Under the pieces are notes generated by a model that was not told the DNA's origin, searched no databases, and saw nothing but the letters and a program-made list of their open reading frames with translations. The position numbers were made by a program, and so were the translations under genes. Source: Paraspadella gotoi (Eukaryota > Animalia > Chaetognatha). From it: DNA of 64,000 bases. Of this stretch, positions 1 to 10,155 are shown piece after piece. Positions within the stretch are counted from its first letter, which is position 1. Each line of letters starts with the position of its first letter. The stretch is taken from contig CM119271.1 in NCBI GenBank assembly GCA_051294375.1, positions 6,573,632 through 6,637,631 of the forward strand, given 5' to 3'.

Positions 1-1087
1 TTCGCCTGATCCAAAGGGCAACGAGCGGAAGGATCTTCGCGACGGAGTAGTTGACCACCCATTCCATCTTGGCGCCGGCAAAAATTATAAAACGATGAGC
101 GTCGGGACAGGGCCACGGTCGGGTCGAAAGGGATTCGCCGAAAGAATCGAAGAATCGTCGACGCGGAAAGTCGACTTGAAGGAATTCGTCGACGACGCGC
201 ATGTCGGGGAATCCTTCGACCGACGAGACTTTCTTCGCCAATTGAGTCTCGAGGCGAAGCGTCTCTTCGGACAGCGCGTTCCAGGCGGCGCCACACGCGC
301 ATCCCGAGTCGCATTTGGGTAGATAATCGTCGGAAACGCAAGGAGTTCGAGTTTTCCACGTCTTGAGGCGAAGAAAGACGCCGTGGGGAGGGAAGGCGGA
401 GAGGACTTTAAGCGACGAAGCTCTCCCGATGCCTTTGACTCCCGAAGGGAAAAAATCGCAGCCGAGGAAAAGACCCAGCGCGATGAGCTTTTCCTGGTTG
501 AGCCCGAGAGAATCTCGGATAAAGTCTCGATCGTAAACGTCGATCTCAAGATCCTTCTTGGCGTCGCAGCCGAAGTTTTTGATGACCCTTTTGGCGCCGT
601 AAAGAAACGCGTCGCCGTCCTCGGTGATGACGCCGTCGACGACGCCGATCTGATTGAGCGCCGCGCAGGCTGCCTCCGCTTCGCCAGGGCTTTGTATCCA
701 TGGCACTCCGAGAGCGTCTAGCAAGTCGCAGCATTCCTTGAGGACAGATCGAAAACGAGACCGGCCGGTCACTTTTTTCTTGTTCTTGCCGGAATCCGGT
801 CCTGAGCCGAAACGAGCCTCGTTGCGTCGACGCATTGTCTGCTCTTTGAGGACGGGAGCTTCGCCCTCCACGCAAAAAATTAACTGGACATTATGCTCCA
901 GAAGTTTGAGAACGCGAAAAAAAATGTTTCGTAGATGCGGCCTTATAACGACTCCATGCATTTGGGTATTCTGCACTTCCACCACCCAGATTGCCAAATC
1001 TACTGCGAGACGCTGACCCGCTAACTGGGAGACGGGAACTTGGCGCGCGCCGGGCCGAAGGATGCTCCAAAGGCCTTTGACGCCCAT
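1..1087 (-). CDS. GEN1: GEN1 Holliday-junction resolvase / XPG-family endonuclease, 5' part (runs off the window)
   Basis: Absent from the ORF track because there is no stop in the window. Manual translation from ATG 1087 gives MGVKGLWSIL...LAVDLAIWVVE...RPHLRNIFFR...CVEGEAP...GEAEAACAALN...VITEDGDAFLYGA, the XPG-N and XPG-I motifs in GEN1 form. Confidence 0.9.
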   Translation of the reverse strand, partial: MGVKGLWSILRPGARQVPVSQLAGQRLAVDLAIWVVEVQNTQMHGVVIRPHLRNIFFRVLKLLEHNVQLIFCVEGEAPVLKEQTMRRRNEARFGSGPDSGKNKKKVTGRSRFRSVLKECCDLLDALGVPWIQSPGEAEAACAALNQIGVVDGVITEDGDAFLYGAKRVIKNFGCDAKKDLEIDVYDRDFIRDSLGLNQEKLIALGLFLGCDFFPSGVKGIGRASSLKVLSAFPPHGVFLRLKTWKTRTPCVSDDYLPKCDSGCACGAAWNALSEETLRLETQLAKKVSSVEGFPDMRVVDEFLQVDFPRRRFFDSFGESLSTRPWPCPDAHRFIIFAGAKMEWVVNYSVAKILPLVALWIRR

Positions 1088-1233
1088 TATAAAAACAAAG
1101 AGTCATACGGCTTTATTTCTAAAGTATAAAAAAAAACATACCATCGTATTACTACAACTAAAAAACTGCTTGATCGGAGAAGGAATAAATAATATTCGCA
1201 ACAAGATAACAATGATCATCGGATCGATAAAAA

Positions 1234-2604
1234 TCATTTTTTGAAGTTTATAGTATATCCGCCAGAGTTAGGGTCCTGTTGCAGCTGGAAATTTTCCGTA
1301 GACAACCCAAAAGGCTTTAAAACCATATTCCCCAGATCCTTGAGTTTTCCCATCATCTCCGCCTTTAGTTTTTCGTTCTTTTCATTGATTTCCCCGGGCA
1401 GTCTTCGACACGCCTCCACGGCCTCGCGTTGCCGCGGATCCTGCTCCAACACTTTTTGGTAGTCCTCCAAAGCCGACTCTAAATTCTCCAGCTTTTCGTA
1501 AATCTGGGCCCGCCTCAATCGAGCTTTGGTGTACTTGGGGTTGAGCTCGAGCGCCTTGCTGCAGTCGGCAGCGGCCCGTTTTCGCTCCTTCTCTGAATCG
1601 AATTTGAGGCGCACGGCGGCTCGGTTGGCGTAGAGTACGGACCGATCGTCGTCGTACATGAGCGGACAAAGGCGCAGGCCGGCGTCGTACTCGGCCAGGG
1701 CGGAGGCCCACTCGAAGACCTTGAAGTGGTCGTTGCCGCGAGATTTGTGTTGCCTCGCGAAGCGACGGTTTTCCTCTTTCTGCTCCACGGAAAGTCCTTT
1801 CTCCAATTCCGCCAATCTCTCCTCGTCGATGAAAGACGGGTCCGAACGATCCATTTTGTCTTCGTCGTCGGCATCGCCGGCATCGTCAGCGTCGGCAGCA
1901 GCAGCAGCAGTAGCAAAATTGCCGGCGTCTTCTTCGACCTCACGTTTTCTTCCATCTTCTTCGTCCCTGAATCTAGAAAACTCATTCCACGAGGCGCCGT
2001 CGCCATCGTCGTCGTCGTCAGGTATAGGGCGATAAAATCTATCGACTCGCTGCGTCCTTCGCTTCGAATCGCCGGCACCCGGTGCATCCTCGCCAACGGT
2101 GTCGAAATGATTCGGTCGGGGATTCTTTTCCGTGTCCAGATCCTTTTCCGAAACGGAGCTGATGGACTCTTTGTGTCTGACTCTAGAGTAGGTAGTTTTA
2201 TTATCACAGTCATCATCCTCGAAGGTGAATTCGTCGTTGAGCGACAGAGCAGCGTCGTCTTCAACTTCATCGTTTCTATCATCTTCGAGCGCGGCAACTG
2301 AATCCGCAACGTCGCACGGAACGACGCCGTGACCGGGGCGTGGGCGGTCGCGGGACAAAGGAACCTCATCTCGGATAACGTCGTTCGTCGGCGGATGCGC
2401 GACGCGATCGAGGACCACGCGACCGCGATCTGAAGTGAAATCGTCCTCCATCATTCGCCTCAATCGATCGATATCCTCGTCGTTGAGATCGTCGTCGTCA
2501 TCGCCGCTCGACGCCGTCAAGAAAGCCTCCTCATCATCCTCTTCCGCAACTAATTCCTCGTCGGCGTCTCCCTTATTCATGTCGTTTCTATCTCTCTTCG
2601 ACAT
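1234..2604 (-). CDS. TTC1: Tetratricopeptide repeat protein 1 with long acidic N-terminus
   Basis: Three TPRs (KSRGNDHFK...YANRAA...YTKARLRRA) and the TTC1 C-terminus EMMGKLKDLGNMVLKPFGLSTENF...GGYTINF. Intronless. Confidence 0.92.
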   Translation of the reverse strand: MSKRDRNDMNKGDADEELVAEEDDEEAFLTASSGDDDDDLNDEDIDRLRRMMEDDFTSDRGRVVLDRVAHPPTNDVIRDEVPLSRDRPRPGHGVVPCDVADSVAALEDDRNDEVEDDAALSLNDEFTFEDDDCDNKTTYSRVRHKESISSVSEKDLDTEKNPRPNHFDTVGEDAPGAGDSKRRTQRVDRFYRPIPDDDDDGDGASWNEFSRFRDEEDGRKREVEEDAGNFATAAAAADADDAGDADDEDKMDRSDPSFIDEERLAELEKGLSVEQKEENRRFARQHKSRGNDHFKVFEWASALAEYDAGLRLCPLMYDDDRSVLYANRAAVRLKFDSEKERKRAAADCSKALELNPKYTKARLRRAQIYEKLENLESALEDYQKVLEQDPRQREAVEACRRLPGEINEKNEKLKAEMMGKLKDLGNMVLKPFGLSTENFQLQQDPNSGGYTINFKK

Positions 2605-2785
2605 AGTTTTACCTCAACAGTCTCTCATTTCGCAACTTAGAGTAAAACAAATACGTATTTCGTCATCGGAAAAAAATGCAATTTTAATGAGAAATATTTT
2701 TAAATAGCAGCAGAAACATGATTTCATAACAAGTGTAAAAAAGGAGAATGGCATGGAATGCGTAAGAAGAAAAAATCCAGTCTTT

Positions 2786-3430
2786 TTATGACGTTTTTTC
2801 GTGGGCATCCACGAATGTCCGAATCCCCACGACTCCAGTTTGGACTTCTCTCGCCACCCCATCCCTGTTCTTTAGAGCCATGGTTAAAGCCCTTATAGTT
2901 CGCTTGTAAGGTCCGTTTAACAGTCGCTTGTTTCGGCCGAAGACTTCGCGCTCGATGGCCTCAGGGATATTATGCGTCTCTTCCAACCCCAGTGGCGCCG
3001 CGAGCATCCGCCTGGCGTTCCGACGCGTTCCTTCGGTCTTCTCGTCGCTACGCACTTCGATCATTGGCCGGGAGAGTTTGTTCTTGAAGTAAAGCTTCCA
3101 CTCGGCGCGAATCTCCTTGGCCAACCGCGCTACTTCAGGATCACCGTGTCGACGAAGGGCGTTGAGAGTCACGCCCACTTTAGTGCGGAGAAGGACCTCG
3201 CGCGAGGGGATCTTGCGACGGAGTTTGTTGAGGGCATCGAGGAGGTCGTCGGGCGTTTGCGTCTCGCATTCGAGGAGCGACTTGAGGCGCTCGATCTCTT
3301 CCACGACGACGACGCCGCGGAGATCCTCTATCGTCGCTTGACGAAGACGCGAACTTCCCAACGATGACGTAGGGCGCGAATGTGCAGAAGTAGAGCGAAC
3401 TACAAAACGGTCCATTGAGGATTGAGCCAT
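2786..3430 (-). CDS. TCEANC2: Transcription elongation factor A N-terminal and central domain-containing protein 2
   Basis: MDRFVVR start, RQATIEDLRGVVVVEEI, TFIIS N-terminal-like KIPSREVLLRTKVG, PMIEVRSD. First ATG (MAQSS) is at 3430. Confidence 0.85.
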   Translation of the reverse strand: MAQSSMDRFVVRSTSAHSRPTSSLGSSRLRQATIEDLRGVVVVEEIERLKSLLECETQTPDDLLDALNKLRRKIPSREVLLRTKVGVTLNALRRHGDPEVARLAKEIRAEWKLYFKNKLSRPMIEVRSDEKTEGTRRNARRMLAAPLGLEETHNIPEAIEREVFGRNKRLLNGPYKRTIRALTMALKNRDGVAREVQTGVVGIRTFVDAHEKTS

Positions 3431-4096
3431 TTGGGTGAAATGCAACGAAAACAAGCGAGCAACCTTTTTCAAACCGAATCACTTTTTTGTATGAGTTCTC
3501 TATTAACTCATGATTCAAATTTATTAGAAATGATTGTAAAATTGTGAAATAAAAACACAAAAAAATTAACTCGATTTAATTTGTAATTGTAAAAAATGCA
3601 TGACTAGAATTATCAGAAATTGTAGTAACGCTGAATTTGAAACCAGCCGCAAGGATTTGAACACTAACGCACTTTTATATGAATTTCATTTGTTTTTGTT
3701 TTGACTTGCCAATTAGTGGATAAAAATGGCTAAGAAATCTATACTTACATAATACAACTCTAACAGAGGGATATCTCTGACTTCGTCTGACTGAGAACAG
3801 TTTTAAACATGCTTTTATTTCCTGATGTTAATTTAAATATTTGATGATTCTTTTAGGAATATAAAAACGCATTTTCTTTTACCTCGTACGAAGGACGAAG
3901 GACGAAGGATTGGGGACAATACACAATAACCAGAAATTTGAAAATTATCTCCCTTCATCCTCTCATTATTCCGACAATCTTGCTCTGCAGTATGAAACAT
4001 ACCATGTGATTAAAGAAGAAAAACGCAATGCCCAGTAATTTATTAAGTTTCGGTGGTAAAATTTTATTTTTGTCTTTAAACTGCGAAGTTTTTGCT

Positions 4097-5089
4097 TTAA
4101 AACTTATTAGACAACAAGTGCAAAATCCAGCGAGGTAATTGAATCCATGAAGGAACAAAGTCCGCTGCAGCAGCATAAACTCCACCAAGTGACAAAAGCC
4201 CCGTCTTGAGAGAGCGCATGTTGAGAGGGCGTAAGCCGTTGTCGTCCTTCAAGTCATATTCAGAGGCCAAATCTGCTGTCATCAAGATCTTTCCCGTTTT
4301 CACCATCACTTTCGGATCTGCAGCTAAAGCAGCTATGCACTTTCCCGGAAATTCGGGGCTTTCCCCTTTTTCAAACAGCTTTGCCATTCGATCAGCAGGA
4401 ATGTCGCCAAACCCTGGATCAGACATTTGACTAGTTCGATGCATAATCTCCTCAGTCTTGACAGGGCCTGGCCATAAGGAGATGCAAGCCACTCCATGTT
4501 TTTTTAACTCAACGGCGCAGTCTGCCATCATGCGATCTGTAGCAGCCTTGCCGACGCCATAGGGAACGTTAAATAAGTATTTCAATCCCCCCGCCGAGGA
4601 TACATTAACAATGAGACCTGATTGCCGTGCAACCATACGCTTGGCCGCTTGCATGGCGCAAATGTACGAATTGCGTAGTCCCACATGATTGATTTCATCC
4701 CATGTTGACGATCGTTGCTCCCAGAAAGGCACACCCATTTGATCGGAAACAGCTGCTACTCCAGAGAAGGCATTGTTTACCAGAATATCAAGACGGCCAT
4801 CATTGTCAGCATCTATTTTTTCAAAGAGGTGCACAATGTCTTCATCTTTGCCATGATCACATTGGACTGCGACGCCACTCCCAACACCACCGCCACGTGC
4901 CTTCATCTCCTCAATGGTCTCTTCAAGGGAACCTCCAGCCCCGTCTGCCTTGGGTTTGACAGTTCTACCAGTGACATAAACAAGCGCACCAGCTTCACAA
5001 AGTTGCAAAGCAATGCCTTTTCCAATACCGCGGGATGCACCAGTCACTAAAGCAATGTAACCTCGCAATGGATACTTTGACGATGACAT
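4097..5089 (-). CDS. DHRS1: Short-chain dehydrogenase/reductase DHRS1-like, copy A
   Basis: TGASRGIG Rossmann motif, LVNNA, catalytic YGVGK, and DHRS1-type LKYLFNVPYGVGK and SLWPGPVKTE. Intronless. Confidence 0.9.
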   Translation of the reverse strand: MSSSKYPLRGYIALVTGASRGIGKGIALQLCEAGALVYVTGRTVKPKADGAGGSLEETIEEMKARGGGVGSGVAVQCDHGKDEDIVHLFEKIDADNDGRLDILVNNAFSGVAAVSDQMGVPFWEQRSSTWDEINHVGLRNSYICAMQAAKRMVARQSGLIVNVSSAGGLKYLFNVPYGVGKAATDRMMADCAVELKKHGVACISLWPGPVKTEEIMHRTSQMSDPGFGDIPADRMAKLFEKGESPEFPGKCIAALAADPKVMVKTGKILMTADLASEYDLKDDNGLRPLNMRSLKTGLLSLGGVYAAAADFVPSWIQLPRWILHLLSNKF

Positions 5090-5509
5090 CTTGCAGTAAT
5101 GCAGCTAAAACATAAAAAAGTATGTAAAATGAGTTTTGATAATTTAAAAAAAGTTTAAAAATAAGAGTAAATAAGTGTAATTACAATAAATTTGACCATA
5201 ACATGCATCATGTAAAAACAAATGTGATTTAGAGCATCCCAATTAACCCACGTTTTTTAACAGGAACATCAATATGGTAAATTGTCAAAAAAAGTGGTAA
5301 ATATTTTTTAATAGACACTCAACTGAAATAAGGAAGTGACTAAACAGTAAAAATGCCTCTGCAGTTTGATATTAGTATACTTTGATAACACGAGATAAAA
5401 CTTATTAAGAGCCTACTTATACAGTAAGCTAAAAAACCCAAAAATCCATAAAACCCAAAAACCAGTGGACCGTGCTTTTATAAAAATACAATGTTTTAGC
5501 CAAATGTGT

Positions 5510-6502
5510 TTAAAATTTGTTAGAAAACAAGTGTATAACCCAACAAGGTAAATGGATCCAAGACGGAATATAATCCGAAACAATGGCGTAAATTCCGCCA
5601 AGTGACATTAGTCCAATTTTAACAGAACGCATATTATGGGGACGAAGGCCATTGTTGTCGCGCAAGTCATACTCTGAGGCCAAATCTGCTGTCATCAAAA
5701 TCCTTCCTGTCTTTGACATCACCTGAGGATCAGCAGCCAAAGCCACCACGCATTTTCCTGGAAACTCGGGGCTTTCGCCCTGTTCCAAAATCATTGCCAT
5801 TCTTTCAGTTGGAATCTCACCAAAACCTTTTTGGGACATCTGGCCCATACGGTGCTTAATCTCCTCGGTCTTCACGGCTCCAGGCCACAAGGAAATACAT
5901 GCCACACCACTACTTCTCAACTCAACAGCGCAGTCGGCCATCATGCGATCCATGGCAGCTTTGCCAACTCCATATGGGACGTTAAAAAGGTATTTTAATC
6001 CACCGGCAGACGAAATGTTAACAATAAGACCCGATTTGCGCTTCACCATAAGTTTGGCCGCCTGGACAGCGCAAATGTATGAATTTCGCAGCCCGACATT
6101 ATTGATCTCATCCCATGTTGATGCTCGTTGCTCCCAGAAGGGCACGCCCATTTGATCAGAAGTAGTTGGGATTCCGGAGAAGGCGTTGTTGACAAGAATG
6201 TCAAGACGACCATTTTCGGCGTCGATTCTTTGAAAGAGGGATAAAACATCCTCATCCTTGTTGTGATCGCACTGGACAGCAACACCGATCCCAACCCCAC
6301 CACTACGCGCCTCCATTTCCTGGACCGTTTCCTCAAGAGAGCCACCGATACTGTCAAGCTTGGGTTTAAGAGTTCTTCCCGTGACGTAGACGAGCGCACC
6401 AGCCTCACAAAGCTTCAAAGCGATACCTTTGCCGATACCGCGCGAGGCACCTGTCACTAAGGCAACACGACCACGTAATGGATACTTCGACGATGATGAC
6501 AT
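5510..6502 (-). CDS. DHRS1: DHRS1-like, copy B (tandem paralog)
   Basis: Colinear with copy A over its whole length. True start is MSSSSKYPL at 6502; the upstream extension in the ORF track is spacer sequence. Confidence 0.9.
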   Translation of the reverse strand: MSSSSKYPLRGRVALVTGASRGIGKGIALKLCEAGALVYVTGRTLKPKLDSIGGSLEETVQEMEARSGGVGIGVAVQCDHNKDEDVLSLFQRIDAENGRLDILVNNAFSGIPTTSDQMGVPFWEQRASTWDEINNVGLRNSYICAVQAAKLMVKRKSGLIVNISSAGGLKYLFNVPYGVGKAAMDRMMADCAVELRSSGVACISLWPGAVKTEEIKHRMGQMSQKGFGEIPTERMAMILEQGESPEFPGKCVVALAADPQVMSKTGRILMTADLASEYDLRDNNGLRPHNMRSVKIGLMSLGGIYAIVSDYIPSWIHLPCWVIHLFSNKF

Positions 6503-6907
6503 CTCGCTGCGATGACGTCTGAAGAAATGAAAATGCCTTTTCGTGTGAGATGACATATTTAATTCGAGAAACAATAATTCTTTAAATGGGGTACAGTTAA
6601 TACATTTTACAAAAAATATTGGGAACTGAAGAATGATACAACACGCATTAGACAAGAAAATAATGCGAAAAGAGAGAAACACTCAAGCGAATCACAAGGA
6701 CATCTAAGAGATACTTGAAAGGATACAATCGTAACACTTTTTGAGTTTTTTTATTTTAATGTCTTTTTCTGAAGCAAGGGAAGGGTGGTTACTTTATTAT
6801 TATTATTATCGTAATAATGATATTTTTCGTTGGGAGTGTTAGGAGAGTTATGAAAACTTCAATTCGCGTTGAGGAACTTCGTTGGATGGAATTTTTCATT
6901 TGACGCA

Positions 6908-7933
6908 TCAGCGCGAGCGAGAGCGCGATCGTCGCGCTGGAGAGTAGGACGGGGAGCCGCGTCTGTTACCGCTTCCACGCGGCGAGCGGCTACGCGAGCG
7001 AGAATAGCTTCTGCGCCCTTTCCCGTCTTCGAACCTGAACGAAAAAGTGCAAAAGGAATTTAAAAAAATCGGAGAAATATCGGTCTTCCGAGTCTAATGC
7101 CAAAAATACTCACTTGGGATCCATCTTGACCCGGATGTAAGCGACCTCCGCCTCGTGGGACCGGAACTTGGAATCATCGAGCTTCCTGGCCGCGTAAGTC
7201 ATGTCCTCATAGCGCATGAATTCGACGACGCCGGTCCCATCTTTGTAGACGTCGGTGTAGCAAACATCCCCGGCCTCGCGCATGTGATCCTTCAGATCTT
7301 GCCAGCTGCCTAGATGCCGGGAAAAGGTTTAAAAAAATTACAAAAATACGAAACTGAAACATGTGGTAGGTGTAGGTCGTTTCCCCTTTTCCCTTCGGAT
7401 TTCCTTCTCTTTAATTCAAAAGCATATACGTAGACTACAGAAATAAATTAACCTGAGGGAGGCAGACCAGAAACGAGGCAACGGTAATCCGAACGACGGG
7501 GATTTCCAACACGATCCCGTCCGCCACTGCTCCCGCCGCCGCCGCCGCCGCCTCCGCGACTGTAGCTGAAGCTGCGAGGACCACCACCACCACGGCCGCG
7601 GCCTCTGGAGGTCGAATCTCGAGGATATTCCACACGCAGTCTGTAGCCATCTAGAAACCAGGAGGGAAACCAGATTCAACGCTCAGTTGTATAAAGAATA
7701 TTTCGACGCGAGGCTCACATCTCACCGTAATCGTAGCCTTCTCGGGCGTAAACGGCGTCTTCGGCGTCCCTCGGGTCCTCAAACTCGACGAAAGCGAAGG
7801 GCGGGCCACGTTGGTTCTTCAGGTCGATCATGGTGATCTTTCCGTACCTGTAGAAGAGGTCCTCGATGTCCTTGTTGCGAATATCGGGCGGCAGATTCCC
7901 AACGTAAATGCGGCATTCTCCTCGAGACGACAT
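6908..7933 (-). CDS. SRSF1: Serine/arginine-rich splicing factor 1 (ASF/SF2), 4 coding exons (about 7933-7726, 7650-7453, 7309-7114, 7034-6908)
   Basis: RRM1 [12 protein letters not shown]...[16 protein letters not shown], Gly linker, pseudo-RRM [17 protein letters not shown] tail, and GT-AG introns in compatible phases. Confidence 0.93.
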
Positions 7934-10155
7934 TGTCGGTGGTCACGTAACGAGATGAGTCGTTGAACAAACGAGGAACTTCTACAAAAAGGCAGAGAGA
8001 GAGAGAGAAGGGAAAATGAGCGTTTGAGCTAAAGTCGTTGATTCAATTACTTTATTTACTTCATGGTGTTTACTGTTTAAATTCTTATAGAGCCTACGAA
8101 TCTTTTTCGATGCGATGGAAATTACTGTTCATCGAAAACGATTAACAAACGCCATCCTTTCTACCTCAATTCCGGTTATACTTTTTAAAATGGTCCGCTC
8201 CGAATTAAATCCGCGGCTATCCTATCCTTTGCCAGCGACGCTACCGCCGGCGAATCCTACATCCTCTCCATGGGAGGTTGGAGACTGGATAGTTGTCCTC
8301 CGAGAGGCTCCTCCGAGAATCCTTTTTTCCCTTTTTTAAATTAAACTAGACGGTAGACCGGACCGACCACCGAAAATTTTTTTTTCCGGCTCGGTGAAAA
8401 GACCCAAGTTCCCACGCCTTTTCCAAGGAACAAAAATTGGCAAAAGCCGTCTATCCCAAAGGAAAGGTTTTCGATGGAGATCCAGACGGAGTGTTCCATT
8501 TCCCCCCCACCCGGAAGAAAATCCGGGGACGAAATCCGAGAAAATCCTAAATTCTTCGGTGGGGGATGCTAAGAATGAGAAAATCCTCCACTCCACCTTT
8601 GAGAATCCCATTTCATCAGACGGTTTAAAATCCTCCGCGATCCAGCGGCGAAAGTTTGTTAATTTTTTTTTTATTTTCGGGCGCCCTCAGAATTTATCCC
8701 TCGTCCCTCCGCCGCCGAGATGCAATTCTCTTTTCTCCCACGGCGGCGGTGTCCTTCTCAAAAAATACGAGGTCCTACAACGATACAACGAACGGAACGA
8801 AGCGAATTCCGGGATAAAGGCGATTCCATTCCTGTCTCCGTGAGGGCAAAATCCGCGTGAAAGAGTAAAGGATATTCTCAAGCCTTTTCCGATGGCCGCG
8901 AGCACCTTAGGTATTTCTCGGTAGGTAATGGTTGAAAAAAACTCCAAGAAAAAAAAATTGATTCAAAAGAAATAAAAGGGATAATGATTTGCGGTCCTCG
9001 AGCGGTTTTCCTAGGTTTTCACGGTTTTTTATTCGCGAAATGGGAGCGGGGGAAAAATTAATCCATCCGGATATCCTATTTTTGGGCTCCCTCCTTATCC
9101 AAGATTTGGGCCTTTGTAGAAGGCCGCAGTTGGATGCCTGGAGTATGGGATGCGAGAGGAAAAAGTTAAACGATTTACGTAACATACTAATTGATTTTTA
9201 TAACCTCTCGATCTTATGTTTCGTTAAAGCTTTTATAACGATCGAAATAATGAATCAAGAATCAAAATTTATGCAAAATGATCGGTACCCTATTATTTCA
9301 GACAAAGGCCGATGAATAATGATGATGGCTCAACTCATGTAATATATCATAACTTTCGAAAACCCAAAACTAGGGTACAAGCGTGGTAAAATTAACAGCT
9401 TGAAATTATCAATATTTCTGATTCTTTGACTCGAGATTTAAAATACATGTATATGGAATTGCCTACAAAACCCAAGGAACACTCTGAATTAGATTAGCTA
9501 CTAGCGCACTAAATTTCATTATTAAATATTAAAAGATGCCAACGAAGATATTTTAAATAACAAATAATTTATTATTATTTATCGGATTAACGTTTAAGTA
9601 GTGAAATCGGCCAATTTATTTGTAAATACTAGTATATTATAAATTTATATTATGTCTAGCAAAATTCTATTATAAATTATTTGGTTAGAATATAATATAT
9701 AAAAAATATATTGAATAAGAAACTAAGCTTACGCTTTAGAAAAAACTGACCAAAATGCGAGGATAAAAGTTTCTAACCAGGAATTTGAAAAATATAAAGA
9801 AAATGTGTTTACAATACGTTACTTGGCTTACGAAGATACGTTGACGTTCGCCGACAAGTTTAAGTCCAAAGCGAGAAGGAAATAATCTGAAAAATATAAC
9901 GTTATTTGTGGCGGACGGCTAAAAGACAATAATAATAAAGAGGAAAAGCAAACAGTACATTTCCGTCGAATGGAAACATCGGGATTGGGTAACGTGCAGC
10001 GAAAATGAAAAAAAAAAAAATAACTGCTTCTGCGTGCGTTTGGTTTAGTACTTGTAATACTAATACTATCTTTCGCACAAAAAAAAATGTTAAATAAATA
10101 AATAGTTTGAAACAGAGTAAAACGTAAAAATGTCAGCGAATTCCGGGCCTTTTTT

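Noticed and set aside
8115-9315. Protein-coding gene upstream of SRSF1
   Set aside because: The ORFs are short, occur on both strands, and have no domain or coherent exon chain.
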